Assembly: GCF_036588685.1 (NCBI RefSeq)
Contig: NC_086379.1
Location: 75,950,001 to 76,014,000 of the forward strand
Direction: 5' to 3'
DNA: 64,000 bases
From: Mytilus trossulus
Lineage: Eukaryota
Shown piece by piece: positions 12,243 to 26,300 of this stretch. Each line of letters opens with the position of its first letter. The first letter of the stretch is position 1. Position numbers and translations under genes: made by a program. The notes below the pieces were generated by a model. That model was not told the DNA's origin, searched no databases, and saw nothing but the letters and a program-made list of their open reading frames with translations.

Positions 12243-13433
12243 GGATGTGTCAACTGGATATTCAATTTATAGTTAAGATAATATGAAAACAAGGAATGAT
12301 TAATAGTAAGCCTTCCGTCTCTTTAACTTCAAGTGATTGTTTCGGCCCACAAAAAGCTCAAAGATAATGAAAAAAAAATTGTATACAGATCAGCAATTTT
12401 GTGGAATAGCTAATTATCAACATACATAAAAACATCAATATCTACATGTATGAAAAATTTTATGATCACTTTAATTATATAAGCTTATATTAACTATGCA
12501 TGGTAAGCATTATTGCAATTTGCCAGGTCAGATTAGATGGACTTGTAAAAGAGAAAATAAAATAACAGACACTAACCATTCATATGGATAAAAGTTTGAA
12601 AATGTTACAATAACATGTACATGTACATGTTTAAGAATCTAATATAATACAAAATTAAAAACCATAATAATTTACATATATACATGTACTCTTGTTATTT
12701 TTCAGGGTACATGCAGTCACAGAACCTTAAACGCATCCAGAACTATTTATAGAACATTTCTTCCTGTAACTTGTGATATATATATATATATTGTAATATA
12801 TCTATCTATTTTCTTTTGTTAGTGTGTATGGAGATGTTATGTCATTTATAAATATATCATCACTATACAGTCTCATTTGTGATCTAGCATTTCGAAATTT
12901 GATTAGATCTAATAATGTAAGACTATTAGCTTTCTACATCTGTAATAAGAATATAAAGAAAAACTAGAGACATTTGTATTTTTATTGTCGAAGAACTTAC
13001 AATACATTGTATTTGTTGTTATCATCAATTTATGTTAGAACAATGACTTTGATATATAAAGATTTGATACAATTGGCAATGAGACAAATTTCCACCAGAG
13101 ACCAAAGGGCACACAGAAAGCAACTGTAGGTCACCAAATGACCATCAACAATGAGCAAAACCAATACCACTTAGCAAGTTATAAAAGGCCCTTAGATGCA
13201 GTTCTGATTAAATTACAGATCCTGTATCCTAGCTTTGCTTACAAGGATCTGAAAACACTTCATTCTGCTTTCTGCTGTAGAGAACTTTTAGATTCTCTGG
13301 CATTGTCTGATTACTACAACCCTTCAAGAATTTCAAGGCTGAAATTTCATTGGCTGATGTAATAATTACAAAAACAGAAAGAAAAAGGATGTGTTTTCAG
13401 TTTATTTTAAGCAAAACTTTAAGACAGGATTTA

Positions 13434-13772
13434 CATGTTTCACAAATGATGTGGGATATGTTCCTTATGTCGTAACTACAATCCCCTTCCCTATCATGAA
13501 TGTGACTTACCAAATTCAACTATTCATCAGATTTTTCATCACATAAGCAACATGACGGGTGCCACATGTGGAGCAGGATCTGCTTACCCTTCCAGAGCAC
13601 CTGATATCACCCTTAGTTTTTGGTGGGGTGTGTGTTGTTTATTCTTTAGTTTTCTATGTTGTGTCATGTGTGGTTTTGTTTGTCTGTCTTTTTTAAGTTT
13701 TAGGCATTGCATTGTCAGTTTGTTTTCGTTTTATTTGTTTGACTATCACTCTGGTATCTTTCGCCCCTCTTA
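13434..13772 (+). mobile_element. 3' end of a non-LTR retroelement (tail ...CTCTGGTATCTTTCGCCCCTCTT)
   Basis: The same tail occurs at about 9832-9857, about 15567-15597 and about 48934-49137. Confidence 0.55.
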
Positions 13773-14366
13773 AATATGAATGTTCCTATTAAAATGAGAA
13801 ATGTTAAGCAATACGAACTAGAAAACTAATGGTCTGATTTGTCATGAGAATTAACTTGAATAAAGTTTTAAAGTATTGGTTGAAGAGTTTTCCAGTTATA
13901 ACAAAAACAACATAAAGGGCCTTTTTGTTAATCAATCAAGGAGACAAGGACCTCAATTTTTTTAATGTTTCTCAAGTCACACACAAACTACTTTATTGTG
14001 TTATATAAATAAGAAACAGCATGTGGCTTCAACATTTCCGTAGTTGTACTTTCATTGAAATAAGCTTGACCTGTGCACTTTCATCACACTATTAAGTCAT
14101 AATTAAAATAGATATGGTTGATGCTTAGAAATGATATTATTGTAGAACCTATTTGTTTAGTCCATGTAAACATATATATGTCTTTGGTTTAATCACATGA
14201 CAAGAAGTAAATGGATAATACTGATATTCTTCTAACTGCAAATAGTTTCCCCGACTTTGATCTACCATTTGATCATAAGTCATAAGGCAGTACTGTGTTT
14301 CAACAAGTGACCAATAAATCTGCACAAAACAAGATGTAATTTATCCAATAATTAGGCAATAGATAT

Positions 14367-14650
14367 TAGAAGATGTGGTATGAGTACCAATGAGACAACT
14401 CTCCATCCAAGACAAAATGTATAAACTTACTTATCCTCTTCATCCCTAGTGGGACATAAGGCCACAACAAAATGTATAAGAGTAAACCATTATAGGTCAA
14501 AGTTAGGTCTTCAACATGGAGGCTTAGATCACACTGAACAGCAAGCTATAAAGGGCTCCAAAAAATAACTAGTATTATACCATTTACACGGGAAAACCAA
14601 CAGTCTAATAAGAAACGAGAAACACTAATGAACCAAATAAACAAACAACT
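14367..14650 (-). mobile_element. SINE-like repeat (tail TTGTCTCATTGGCAATCATACCACATCT family) interrupted by a 42-bp RTE-like LINE tail
   Basis: The SINE tail motif recurs at about 13070, 41465, 46580, 56820 and 57080. The insert 14425-14466 ends in (TAAG)n on the minus strand and is flanked by the 13-bp TSD ACAAAATGTATAA (14412-14424 / 14467-14479). Confidence 0.6.
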
Positions 14651-17205
14651 TACCAATATTTAACTCCATAAAAAATTTCAAAGAGGACATATGATTTCTA
14701 TTTGATTAAGAAAAATGTAACAAAAATTTCCAATTTTGTACCATTAACAAAAAACGTCAGGTATATGGCAAATAGGAAACAGATGAGTGAAAGTTTTGAA
14801 AATGTGTCACAGTGTATACCAATACCTTACCAAAATGGATCTTGATACCAAAATTCAAGAAGCTTGTCCAGAAAACCATATGAAAAATTCTGAATATTCT
14901 TATATGGACATCAAAATAAAGTACACAAATACATGTGGCAAACCAATGCAGATAAGTGACAGATGAAAAAAAGGTGGAAAATGGGACACAGATGATGCCC
15001 CCACTTGCATATCATATAAAGTTATAAAGGAACATAACTAAAGAATGATAAAAATTAGGCTACTTAAATATGTATTTGATCTGAGTATTGTGTATCAGTT
15101 TCATAACATTTGGTTGATGCAAAATAAGGTTAAGAACATAACTTGATCTGTATTCTGTGGTAATAGGCATTGTGTATAAGTTTTATAACATTTGGTTTAG
15201 GTAAACTAAAGTTAAGAGAACGGTAACACAAAATTCCACATTTTTAGCTCACCTACCTGACCTGAAAGGTCAAGTGAGCTTTTCTCATCACTTGGCGTCC
15301 CTTGTCGTAAACTTTTACAAAAATCTTCTCCTCTGAAACTACTGGTCCAAAATTAACTAACTCGGCCAAAATCATCATTAGGGTTACTAGTTTTAAAAAT
15401 GTGTTGCGTGACCCAGCAATCCATCCAAAATGGCCACTATGGCTAAAAATAGAACATGGGGTAAAATGTAGATTTTGGCTTATATCTATGAAACCAAAGC
15501 ATTTAGAGCAAATCTGACATTTTGCTAAGTAATTAAATAACTATATTTGGTATGTGCATACCTTGACTGTCCCTTTGGTATCTTTCGTCCCTCTTTTGCA
15601 AGGTCCTTATACCTGTCAGCCAGTTTTCACTTGACCTTAACCATATTTCATGGATCAGTGAACAAGGTTAATTTTTTGTGGTCTAGTCCATATCTCAGAC
15701 ACTATAAGCTATAGGTCTAGTATATTTGGTGTGAGGAAGGACTGTAAGGTGTACGCTTTCAACAGGCAGGTGTCAGCTGACCTTGACCTCATAATCATGG
15801 TTCAGTGGTAAAAGTTAAGTTTTCAAGTTTTGGTGTTTTTTTTCTAATACTATATGCCAAAGTTCAACTATATTTGGTGTATGGAAATATTTCATGATCT
15901 ATATATCAGTTGGACAGCTTTTATTTGACCGTGACCTTATTTTTACAGTTCCTTGCTCAGTGTTAAGTATTTGTGTATTGGTCTTTTTTATTTAAACTAT
16001 AAGCAATAGGTCAACTATATTTGTTGTATGGAAGAACTTTTAGCTGTACATGCCTGTCTGACCTTGACCTCATTTATTGGTTCATTGGTCAATGTTTAGT
16101 TATCTTGGTTAATGTTAAGTTTAAGTGACAGTTGTAATAAAGCTTTATATTTAGGACTATTAACATTATATCAATGATTAGTCAAAAGGCGAGACATTTC
16201 AGCCTGTGCCCTCTTGTTTTTTTATTTGTAAAGGGGCATGACTGTAGAATCATTTAAGCAACACTACCAATATTCAAACTGATCTGCGTTTTGTTGTAAT
16301 AAGCATTCTGTATAAACTACAAAAAATTTAGTTGAGGCAAACTTAAGTTAGAGAATGGAGACCAAGTTGGGATGGACAGATGGACAAGGGTAAACTTAAT
16401 GCTCCATCCGTGATAGCAAGGGCATAAAAACTATCAAAACCGTATAAACTCAATGCTCCCTCCGTGATAGCAGGGGCATAAAAACTATAACACAGTATAG
16501 CTCAACACAAATTGACAGAAGCTTCGACTTGTATTTTGATAAGAACAAGAGTAGACATGGTGAAATGTCCTGCCTTTTTTTACTGATAATTGATTTTTAT
16601 TGAAAGCCTTATGCAAGATAAAGGTTTTACTCAATTATCACATAACTTACCAATTTTAGATATTGATGACAATAAAGTCAAGATCAGATAAACCCTGTCA
16701 GTCAGACATATTCACCTTACATGTGCAATTATTCCATACACCAATTATAGTTTCAACTATTGCTAATGGTAATTGTAAAACAAACACAAAACACAAAAAA
16801 ATAATATTGACCAATAAACCATGAAAATGATACCTACTTAACACATATGCAAGATATAATCATTCCATACACCAAATACAGTTGACATTCTGCTTATAGT
16901 TTTTGAAAACTGACAATAATGATACGGCAAAAATTTGGCCTCGACTAACCAGGCCTGGGGCCATTACATTGCAATGTAATGCATTACATTACAATTACTT
17001 TGTGATTCTTCCATTACAATTACAATTACATTTTTTCTTACATGTAATGCATTACATTACAATTACTTTGCCTGTGTAATGCATTACATTACACATTACT
17101 TTTTCACTATAAAAACTAAAAACGTTTCACAAAACAGATAAATATTACAGGGGTATATGTAGATATATAATTTACAGTGTTAGTGACATAGACTTCAAAT
17201 ACTGG

Positions 17206-17460
17206 TTAATCAATATGTCCATTGAACTTTATTATCATAAGAGGTTCAAAAGTGATGTCATTAAGAGAACAGCGATCAGTTCTGTACACCTTTCTGGCAA
17301 TACTAAAAAGCCTTTCTACAGCATCTCATGTGTGTGAAATGGCTAAATACTTGATAGCTGTATTAGCCAAAGAAGAAAGGCACACTGAATTTGACTTCCA
17401 TCATTCCAGTGCATTGATTGAAATTTCTTCACATGGCTCAGACAAGTAGATGTCACCATG
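17206..17460 (-). pseudogene. hAT transposase C-terminal dimerisation domain relic
   Basis: YLSEPCEEISINALE*WKSNSVCLSSLANTAIKYLAISHT*DAVERLFSIARKVYRTDRCSLNDITFEPLMIIKFN matches the L.WWK...LA..YL...TS..VERLFS pattern. Two in-frame stops. Confidence 0.85.
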
Positions 17461-17846
17461 TAATGCACCATACCTGTGTCTATACTCTTTGATGGAGTAG
17501 TAGGAGGCATGAAACTGGAAAGGTCACTTTTAAGATTCTTAATTGGTGGTAAAAAATAAATAAATTTTCATATAATTTTGTTTCTTACATTCATCACTTA
17601 ATCATTATGACATCATTAAGGGATTTCAAAGGAATATAATAAATGTGTCATTAAAGGATTATCTTTTGAAATGCTTAAGGGCTCTGTGAGGACAAACATA
17701 ATGAGAAGATTTGATTGCAATAAAAACATTTTGATATTAATTAGATGAAATAACAACACAGACAGGACCCAAACCACAGTTTGGTTTAAAAATGTTGTTT
17801 GACATATTCAATCTTTCACTGAAATACATGTAAGGTGTGTATAAAT

Positions 17847-20651
17847 GGTGTCATCCTGGTTTGCCCACTTTTAATTACATGCATATGTAAACATAGGATG
17901 AATTGTTGTTTTAACAATTATAGTTTATTTCTAAATAAAAGTCATAATTTTACCTTTTATTTTACCTGTAATTTTTATATAAATGATACAATATTCTGGG
18001 CGTATTGCATTTCCGCTAATTATTCAAAGTCCCAATACTACGTTTCCGCAAATTTAAAGTATACGTTTCCGCAATTTGTATTTATTTCTTTTCCGCAAAT
18101 TTACCTTGTAAATTATAAAGGTTTGAATGTACATATATGATAAAAAAAAAAATTTTTTTTTAATAAAACAAATGTTCTGATCTCAGTATAGCTACAATTT
18201 ACTAGATATAACTAGTTGACTCGGGTAAGGATGAGTTAAACTTCATTGAGAAATCTTTGGTTTGGCTTACTTACCAACTGACATGATTAAAGAATGCTTT
18301 GTTGAATTAATTGCTCCATCTGACGATAAATGCATGAGGTCTGCCGATTATTATATATTTGAATTTTATATGGATGGCAATTGAGATTTTCACCAAGCAT
18401 TTGGGCATCACCACTGACCCCGAGGAAAAGAGAACAGCATATGGTGTCGAGTCTTTTAGTGCCTACCTGAACGAGCACTTTTAAGCTAGCCATCCTACCA
18501 TATTTGTCTTTGTCGATGTGTTATTGAAACTGAAAACAACATCTTACATAAAGATGAGAACTCTAATTGTAAAAGCACCCGTTCGGAAATATGAAAAGGA
18601 GAAGATGGACTTAATTCTTTCCTGAACAAAATTCAGAACTTGTAAACGGTGAATGTGCTACTATGGACTTTGCACGACGTGTTGGCTACAAACATTCTGC
18701 CAGAACTGACTTATGAACTCATATAAAGATATTTTTGAACATACGTTAACATACAATTTAATGATGTTTTTAACTTACATGTTATGGTATCCTTAAACTT
18801 AATGCATATTTATTTTTTATTATAGCTTTGCTTTCGATCAATAGGTATTCCTTAATTATTTGCGGAAAAGTCATATTTTGTTTTTTCCGGAATAGTAACT
18901 TTTTTTCCGGAAAAGTAAAATATTTATTTGCGGAAACGCAATTTTTTTTTTCCGGAAACGTCATCTTTTTTTCGCGGAAAAGTAATGCCCATTTGCGGAA
19001 ACGTAAAACGCCGAATATTCTGCTAATAAATCAATGAAAATCTGCAAAAATATTTTTTATTTTAATATTTTTGAGCAGGAAAATGTGCAGAATATGACAT
19101 TATACCTCTTATTTTACCTGTATTTTTTTAATTAAAGATACAACATTGTATATTCTGCTATTAACTCAAGAAAAATGTGCAAAGATATTTTTGATTTGAT
19201 ATAATTTTGAAGGAAAGTGTATTGAAATTGACAAATATAAAAAAGGCAAAAATATGTATTACTTTTATAATTTATTAACAAAAAGTTTTAATTGTTGTCA
19301 CATTCTGAAAAATAATAAATTAAAGAAGAATATAAATATTCTTATTATTTAAATAAATCAATGCTCTGAAATTAATATAACAAATGTCCAATTAGTTGTA
19401 ACAAATAGAATATAAATGCAACTGCAGCTTAACAAATGCACAATTTAAACAGTAAACCTGTCTCTAAAAGCTCTGAAAGGTAGCATTTTCTTATTTTTAA
19501 AACAAATCAGAAGCTAAGTAAGGATACATCGCTAAAGAAATTCAGTAACAGCTTCATTTAGAAAAAAAATATGAGACAGCAACCAACAACACAGATGGTA
19601 TTCCCAACTTTATTAAGTGTATTTGTTGAAAGGCACAGAAATGTTGACTACAAACGTATGATAAAGAAAATGAAACATCACTTGATTTAAAGTACGAGCC
19701 GCAGTATAACCTCTTGTTCCACCCCAACTCGTTGAGGACGTTTTGCAAAAAAGTTTAGAAGACATTGGTGAAGCTGACAAAATACTTGCTACAACATTAT
19801 TGACTGATTATGTGACCGAATTCTGGGTTGAAGTATATCGCTTTCTATGGAACACCAAAATTATGATGAGACTCCAACATGCCCATCCTACGAGATAAGT
19901 GAGCTAATGAAGAAGTACCAGGCACTAATAGAAAGAAATGTTATCCAGTATGCAGCAGGAGGAGCCCGCCCACCAAAAAGAAGAAGATTCAAAGTAATAG
20001 ACACCAGATACCAACAAGGAATCGTCAGAGTGATAGACTATTCTGACATAGCATCCCATCATCTCAATTTCAATTGAACAACTTAATGAAATATTGTTTA
20101 AGTGTCTTTTTAAATATAATGTTTTGCCATTTTGTCAAATTGATATGATATATATTAAATATTCTATTGCCCTTTAGTATACATACAGTGCCCATGGTAA
20201 ACCTTATTACTTATTTTACCATGATAGTGGTTTATTTATTCCCTATGGAATGCACTTATAAACTTTGATTCATATACATGTATCATATAAATTATGTTTG
20301 CAATATTTGTATTGTCGTATTTATATCATGAAAATCATTCAGAAACTAAAAAAATGTGAAGACACTTTTATTACTGAATGTCATTCAATTGTTTTGTCTT
20401 TAGTTGTATGTTATATGATAATATTGAATTGATACCAAATTATTGAGAGAAAACCTTTTTGATTTATTTATTATTTTTCTAAAAAAATCATAATAAAAAA
20501 TAAGTAAATATAGTAAGAAAACACTGATAAACTATATACCTAATTTGGAACAGACTATACAATTGTATGCTCATTAAACCTTTTGTCTTTTTTGTTTTCT
20601 TTGCTGTTAGATAATTGGTAGGATTAAAAGTGGGCAAACCAGGAGTAAACC
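17847..20651 (+). mobile_element. Defective Mutator-like (MULE) element nested in the hAT
   Basis: TIR of about 29 bp GGT....TCCTGGTTTGCCCACTTTTAAT and TSD GTATAAAT (17839-17846 / 20652-20659). Relic peptide at about 19750-20077 (LTDYVTEFWVE...KYQALIERNVIQYAAGGARPPKRRRFKVIDTR) resembles animal MULE transposase C-termini. Confidence 0.7.
17999..19013. mobile_element. 1-kb TIR element nested in the MULE
   Basis: Ends GGCGT..ACGCC, inverted subterminal TTTCCGC / GCGGAAA arrays, and 9-bp TSD AATATTCTG (17990-17998 / 19014-19022). Confidence 0.75.
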
Positions 20652-23343
20652 GTATAAATCATGAAAATTTAATCTCCATATTTTTTCCATTCATTTATAT
20701 AGTTTTGTTTGATAGATTTTTATAAGATTTTTCATTGAACACCAAAATATTCCTAATATCATATTAAACAAATATCAGAATACAAAATCAAGACTTGATA
20801 ATTTTTACCATTTTATATTTATTACCTTAAAATGTGTGTTTTAAAGATTGATGTAATTTATTTAATACAGTAATTAACTGTGACAATTTTTTTTTCATAC
20901 TTATTTTTATTATACAATACTCTTCAATTTTATGTATTTTACCAATTTGTAATGAAAAGTAATGTACTGTAATGGAGGCATTACATCAATTTTTAACTAA
21001 AGTAATCATTACATTACATGTAATTGTAATGCAGAAAATGTGCATTACAAATTACTTTGCATTACATCCAAAAAATGTAATATTACAATGCATTACAATT
21101 ACAAATTACCATTACCCCAGGCCTGTGACCAACCATAAAAATGAGGTCAAGGTCAGATGAAACTGCCCGACTGATGTACACCACATACGACTGCTTAAAG
21201 TATATGATAAACTGACCTTATATAACATTGATAATTGACCCATATATTGACGTCAACGCCGGGTGAACTCTGTTTAACAGACAAGTTAAAAGCAAATTAT
21301 ATATATACCAAATATAGTTATCCAATTACTCATAATAAGGGAGAAATTCACTTAACAAAATATTTTCAAGCAGTCACTATGGGTCAAGAACAAGGGTCAT
21401 ATGACATAAGTGTCTGCATAAAAGGTATGAAGCATCCAGGTTTTCTACCTTTTGAGATATAAAGCTTTAGACAAATAGTTTTCACTGCTCAAATGAATGT
21501 CAGATAGTAACCCCTGTCTGGAAAACACAGACTTTCAGAGGCAAGACAAAAATGCCATGAAAATTCCTTACATAAACAGCAAAGTAAAAAAATTACATGT
21601 ATGCTATCAACACGAAGTAGATAAGTAACTGACTTGAAAAAGTGGCACATGTTATATGGCTTACCATTGAACCTTTGTACCAAATATTAAGAAGTGCTGA
21701 TTTGCAGTGTGACAAATTTCTTAATGTTCATCTATCTCAAATTGGTTTAACAGTCCCAGTGGTCATGTTTAACCTTTGGTGATGATACCCTACAAATGAT
21801 AATTAAAGTACCAGTAAAAAAGTTAAAACAGAATCTATTTGAGACATAAGTATTTAAACTATGAGGTCCTGTCGTCCTTATTCAGACGCATTTCCAGTGG
21901 GTGGGTTCCGGGGTTTGAACCCCCCCTTTTTTTGGACGATCAATGCATTTGAATGGGGACATGTAATTGGAACCCCCCTTTATGTCCTGGGTTAGGAACC
22001 CCCCTTTAAAAATGGCTGGATCCACCCCTGTTATTAAAGGAACTTTAAGCATGACACATATTTTCATTTTATTTCTTTTTATTATGTAACAATTTGTATA
22101 CAATTCAACAAGATCAAAATAAAATAACAGTAATATCACAGTTTAAATACTAGAACATTAACTGAGTAAAAAAATCACATTTTATATCACATGATGAGTA
22201 ACAATATATAACAACTGATTGAAAATTAATATAACAAGTCATTTGCTTTTGAATAAATACACAAACAAGTTATTCATTTTTGTACAGTATTCTTCAATAA
22301 AAATTTAGGGGACTATTGGAAATCTAAATTGACCCTTTCTAGATTTAGGTTTGACTGAACAATGAAAAAAAAAAGAAACTATAAATAAATATATGTATTT
22401 ACATATATGTAAAGAGAATGTTTTTTTAAAGACATTTTTTGTGTATTTTATAAAAAGTAACTTTGAAGGACAAAACAGAACACTTATTCATAAAATGACA
22501 ATGCACTTCAATAACACAGCTACAAACAAATAACAATACTGACAAATAAAAATATTTCCAGCCAACTTGTACCAGCAGATAACTATTAACAAGTGTTATG
22601 ATTTACCTATTTGCAGTAAAATAAAAGAAGAAGAAAGGTAATGGATAGTATCATAAATTATTGCAATTTGTATAAAAAGAGATGTGGGTTACATAGATCA
22701 ATAGGGCTGTATAGCCAGTCAAGGTCGTTAAAAACTTCCATTTGTTGTGTAGATCAATAAGACAGCAATAAATCCAACAAAAATATCTACAGATATAAGT
22801 GTATGTATACTGTACTGGGTTAATATCATAAGACTTCTTTTAAATCTTTGCTTTATAACTTATAGAACATCAAATATGCTAAACTTATATGTCAATAAAT
22901 AATAACGGAGGTGAGTTGCACATCAACAATGTATATACATAAATTCTAAAAAGTATGGGCTTTAGGTTGTAATTTGAACACAACACTCCATAAAATATGA
23001 TCAATGTTCAATCTTAGATATTTCACATTGCTTTATTTGATTTGTAGCATGTGTAAGATCTGAAAACATCCCAAAAACAAGAAATAAAATATAACCCCTT
23101 ATGGGATTTTTCCACGTCTCACACAAGCTACCAACAAATCTTACAGAGCAAGTGAAAGAACTGATTATAATCAGATAGATCAATATTGTACAGAAGATTG
23201 ATCATAATTGGTACATACTTGGGAGTATGCCTGCTAATAAAATACACATTTGGTATATGCTTGAACACAAAAAGTATATATCTGTTTCTGATACTGACAA
23301 TTCTTAAACTTTTTACCAGTTGCTTCAGTGATACATTTTTAAT

Positions 23344-26300
23344 TTACTGAGTAATCATAGCTGACAAAAGTCTTGAAGCTTTGACATTTTTGCCATACAG
23401 TGTACTAGTTGTACCATCAGCCAAATCTGTAAGGGTGTGTGTGACTCTATGCTGGTCAGGATATATGGTACTGGTTTCAACAATGACAGTACTGGCAAAT
23501 GCTGCTCTCTCATCCACTTTATTCTGAAAGAATGGGAAGTTGGATTATTGAAAAATGTGGACACACATAAATGTCTCTCTTGCCTAACTATTATTAATTT
23601 ATGACCAATAGTAATACAATTTTTTCAATTTTTTATTTTTGAAACCTTCACTAGTCTATTCTTCTACATACACTTATAATGTTTATTTCTGTTTTTACTT
23701 CATGTTTCCAAATATAATTGCTAACATTACATTATTATCCAGAATTTTAAACTTAAATAAAAGCCTGAAATGGGGATACAGTCAGAAAATTACACTGTTT
23801 TAAAATGCTATCTGATATACAGCATGAAATATCACACATGTATTTAAACATCTTGAGTACACTAAGATTACCAAGTTTGTTTATACCTTTAACTTCTGTT
23901 GATCTGTCTCTGAAGTCACTGCTATAATTCTTGGATAAGTGTCTTCATCAATTTCCTGTGAGTAGATTTTAGCATCTGAAATTATTACCATCATAAAATT
24001 TTAAAATCTGCACAACTGCCATATCTCTATGGCATATTTTTTTCTCTAAAAAATGGATTATAAACAAAAAAGTTGATTTCTTCATTTTTCACACTTATGT
24101 TTGGAATTAGCATTTTAGTTCAATTTCTATGGAAAACACATTTTCTTGTACATTTTTTATGAAAATCCATTCTACTTTTCATTATATTTAAATTTACCCA
24201 TGACAAAAGCTTCTGTGCTATTATTTTCAATCTGCTATATGAGTATCAATGTTGTAGGCCTAATGTTGACATCTAAATGTGTTTTTTTTGTTCTATGTGT
24301 CATAGGTTTTCTGTCTCGTTTATATATATCCTACAATTCTGTTTAGATACTGTATTATACTTTGAAACTCAGTCTGTTTTCAAAATATATCTTTCCACAT
24401 GAAATCTGCACAATTGAAATTTTGATTTTTTTACTACTATCATCATAATCAAATTTACAATATCTATGGTTTTTACTGGGCTACGAAACTAGTTATAATA
24501 CACTTTAAAGAGTTGACATGATTTAATACAATGTAAATGTTTGTCTCCAAAGAAAATGAACACACCTAAATCATATGATTTATGTAAATATGTATTAAGA
24601 AGTAAATTGATGATAGTTATCTACTCTTACCGCCTGATTCATTGTAACATTGTGGTACAGAATGGAAGGATGTATGCAGTTTCTTCAGCTGTTTATTTCT
24701 GGAGTTTTCCAACTTCATTGAATCTGAGCTTATATCACTATCATACTGTTTATGTTTGTAGTCTGGTTGCCTGGGAGTGTTCTGTCTGAAAAACTCTTCC
24801 CTTTTGCTGTAATTTGGGGTATAATTTGGGTTATAGCTATCATTGTATGATTGCCATTGTTGATTTTCTGATTGTTTACTAATTCTCTTTTTTTCTTTAC
24901 TATAGAAGTCATCTTTTAAAGAAGCCGATTTCTGTTTTATTTCAACAACTCTTTTGTCTTCTGATTTGTGGTACTGGTCCCTGAGTGGTTTAATATAATC
25001 TGGATGCTTTTTCTTTGAACTGGTACTTCTATATTCTGGGGGCTTATGACTTAATTTATGTGTATCGGGATTTATTTCATCATCAATATAGAACTCTTCT
25101 ACATCATACTGAAGTTTCTTTTTATTCTGTAACATAAAAATAAATATATACATGTATTGATTAGCACAAAGCTAGTATGTCTTAATGTTCAAATTGGAGA
25201 TCAGACCCTGAAGATCTGCTTGCTCCAACATATGTCATATGTTTTGTAAAAATTACTGTGATTGGCAAATGCAGTAACAGTTAAAATTGTTGGATCCTGA
25301 TTGATGAAGTTTAAAAAAAAATATCTTTGAGAATCTAAAGGACTGTGGTTAATCTATTTTGTTATTCTCAAAAACAAATACTAATTGAATAGATAAATGA
25401 TCAATATAATTTCAAAACTACAAATCTATAGATACAGAGAAAAACAGTACCTGGATTTTCTTTTTTGATTTTGGTTTCTTCTGAGATGTGCTTGGTGTAA
25501 TTCTCTCATCATCAAACAAAAGTGGACTCATGTTTTCTGAGAGAAAAAAAGTTGTTTGTATAACAAATTAGAATATTTTTAATAAAAAAAACAGTAAAAA
25601 ACTTCAATGTTGTCTCAAAAACTATTTGGTATTGACATTTGAATAAAATAAAAGATTTAAACTTGTTTATAAAAGCTATGCATTCAAGACCCTAATGCTT
25701 CTAGATTTCCCAATTATAATATTATAATCATTTACATTATATTTTTTAACCCTTTCGCTGATGAGTCCCGGTTTACCGGGATTCACGCTTCAGACTGCTG
25801 ACGATGAGTCCCATTTTACCAGGATCGGAATACCTCTTTTATATTTCCCGCTTAAAACAGTGCAAACATGAGTTATCTTTCTTTGATAAATACCAGGAAT
25901 GAAAGTGTAAACATGACGCTTCCGTTTGTTGAAAACCATGTCAAAATCAGAGGAAATTTACGGAATTTACAAGAATTTGAATTGAGGGAACATTTTATTT
26001 GAAAGAATATGGAAGAATAGAAGCCAAACTGGTATACTTTTTTGACATAAAATGTCGTTTTATGTACAAAACACTTGGAAAGGACATTGTTCAGAGTGAG
26101 GAATTTGTACAGCCTCATAAAAATTTTCAAAATTTTGCTGTTTTGGGTTAAAAAATTACGATGTGGGGTCAAAGACCAGAATTTTGAGAATTTCACCTAG
26201 ATAATGCCGAAAATTTGAAAATTTGAATATTTTATGAATTTTTTTTTTTACAAAACATAAACAAAACTGTGAACATGGTGTTAGTGAATAAAATAAATAC

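Larger units (their letters stand above)
16950..21125 (-). mobile_element. Defective hAT DNA transposon with nested insertions
   Basis: TIR CAGGCCTGGGG..CCCCAGGCCTG, 8-bp TSD CGACTAAC/TGACCAAC, and subterminal CATTAC/GTAATG arrays. A hAT dimerisation-domain relic lies at about 17206-17460. Confidence 0.85.

Noticed and set aside
25757-25790. CTGATGAGTCCCGGTTTACCGGGAT in the piggyBac-type MITE looks like a hammerhead start with stem II
   Set aside because: The stem is followed by TCAC rather than GAAA, there is no stem I or III, and the sister copy lacks the CTGATGA.
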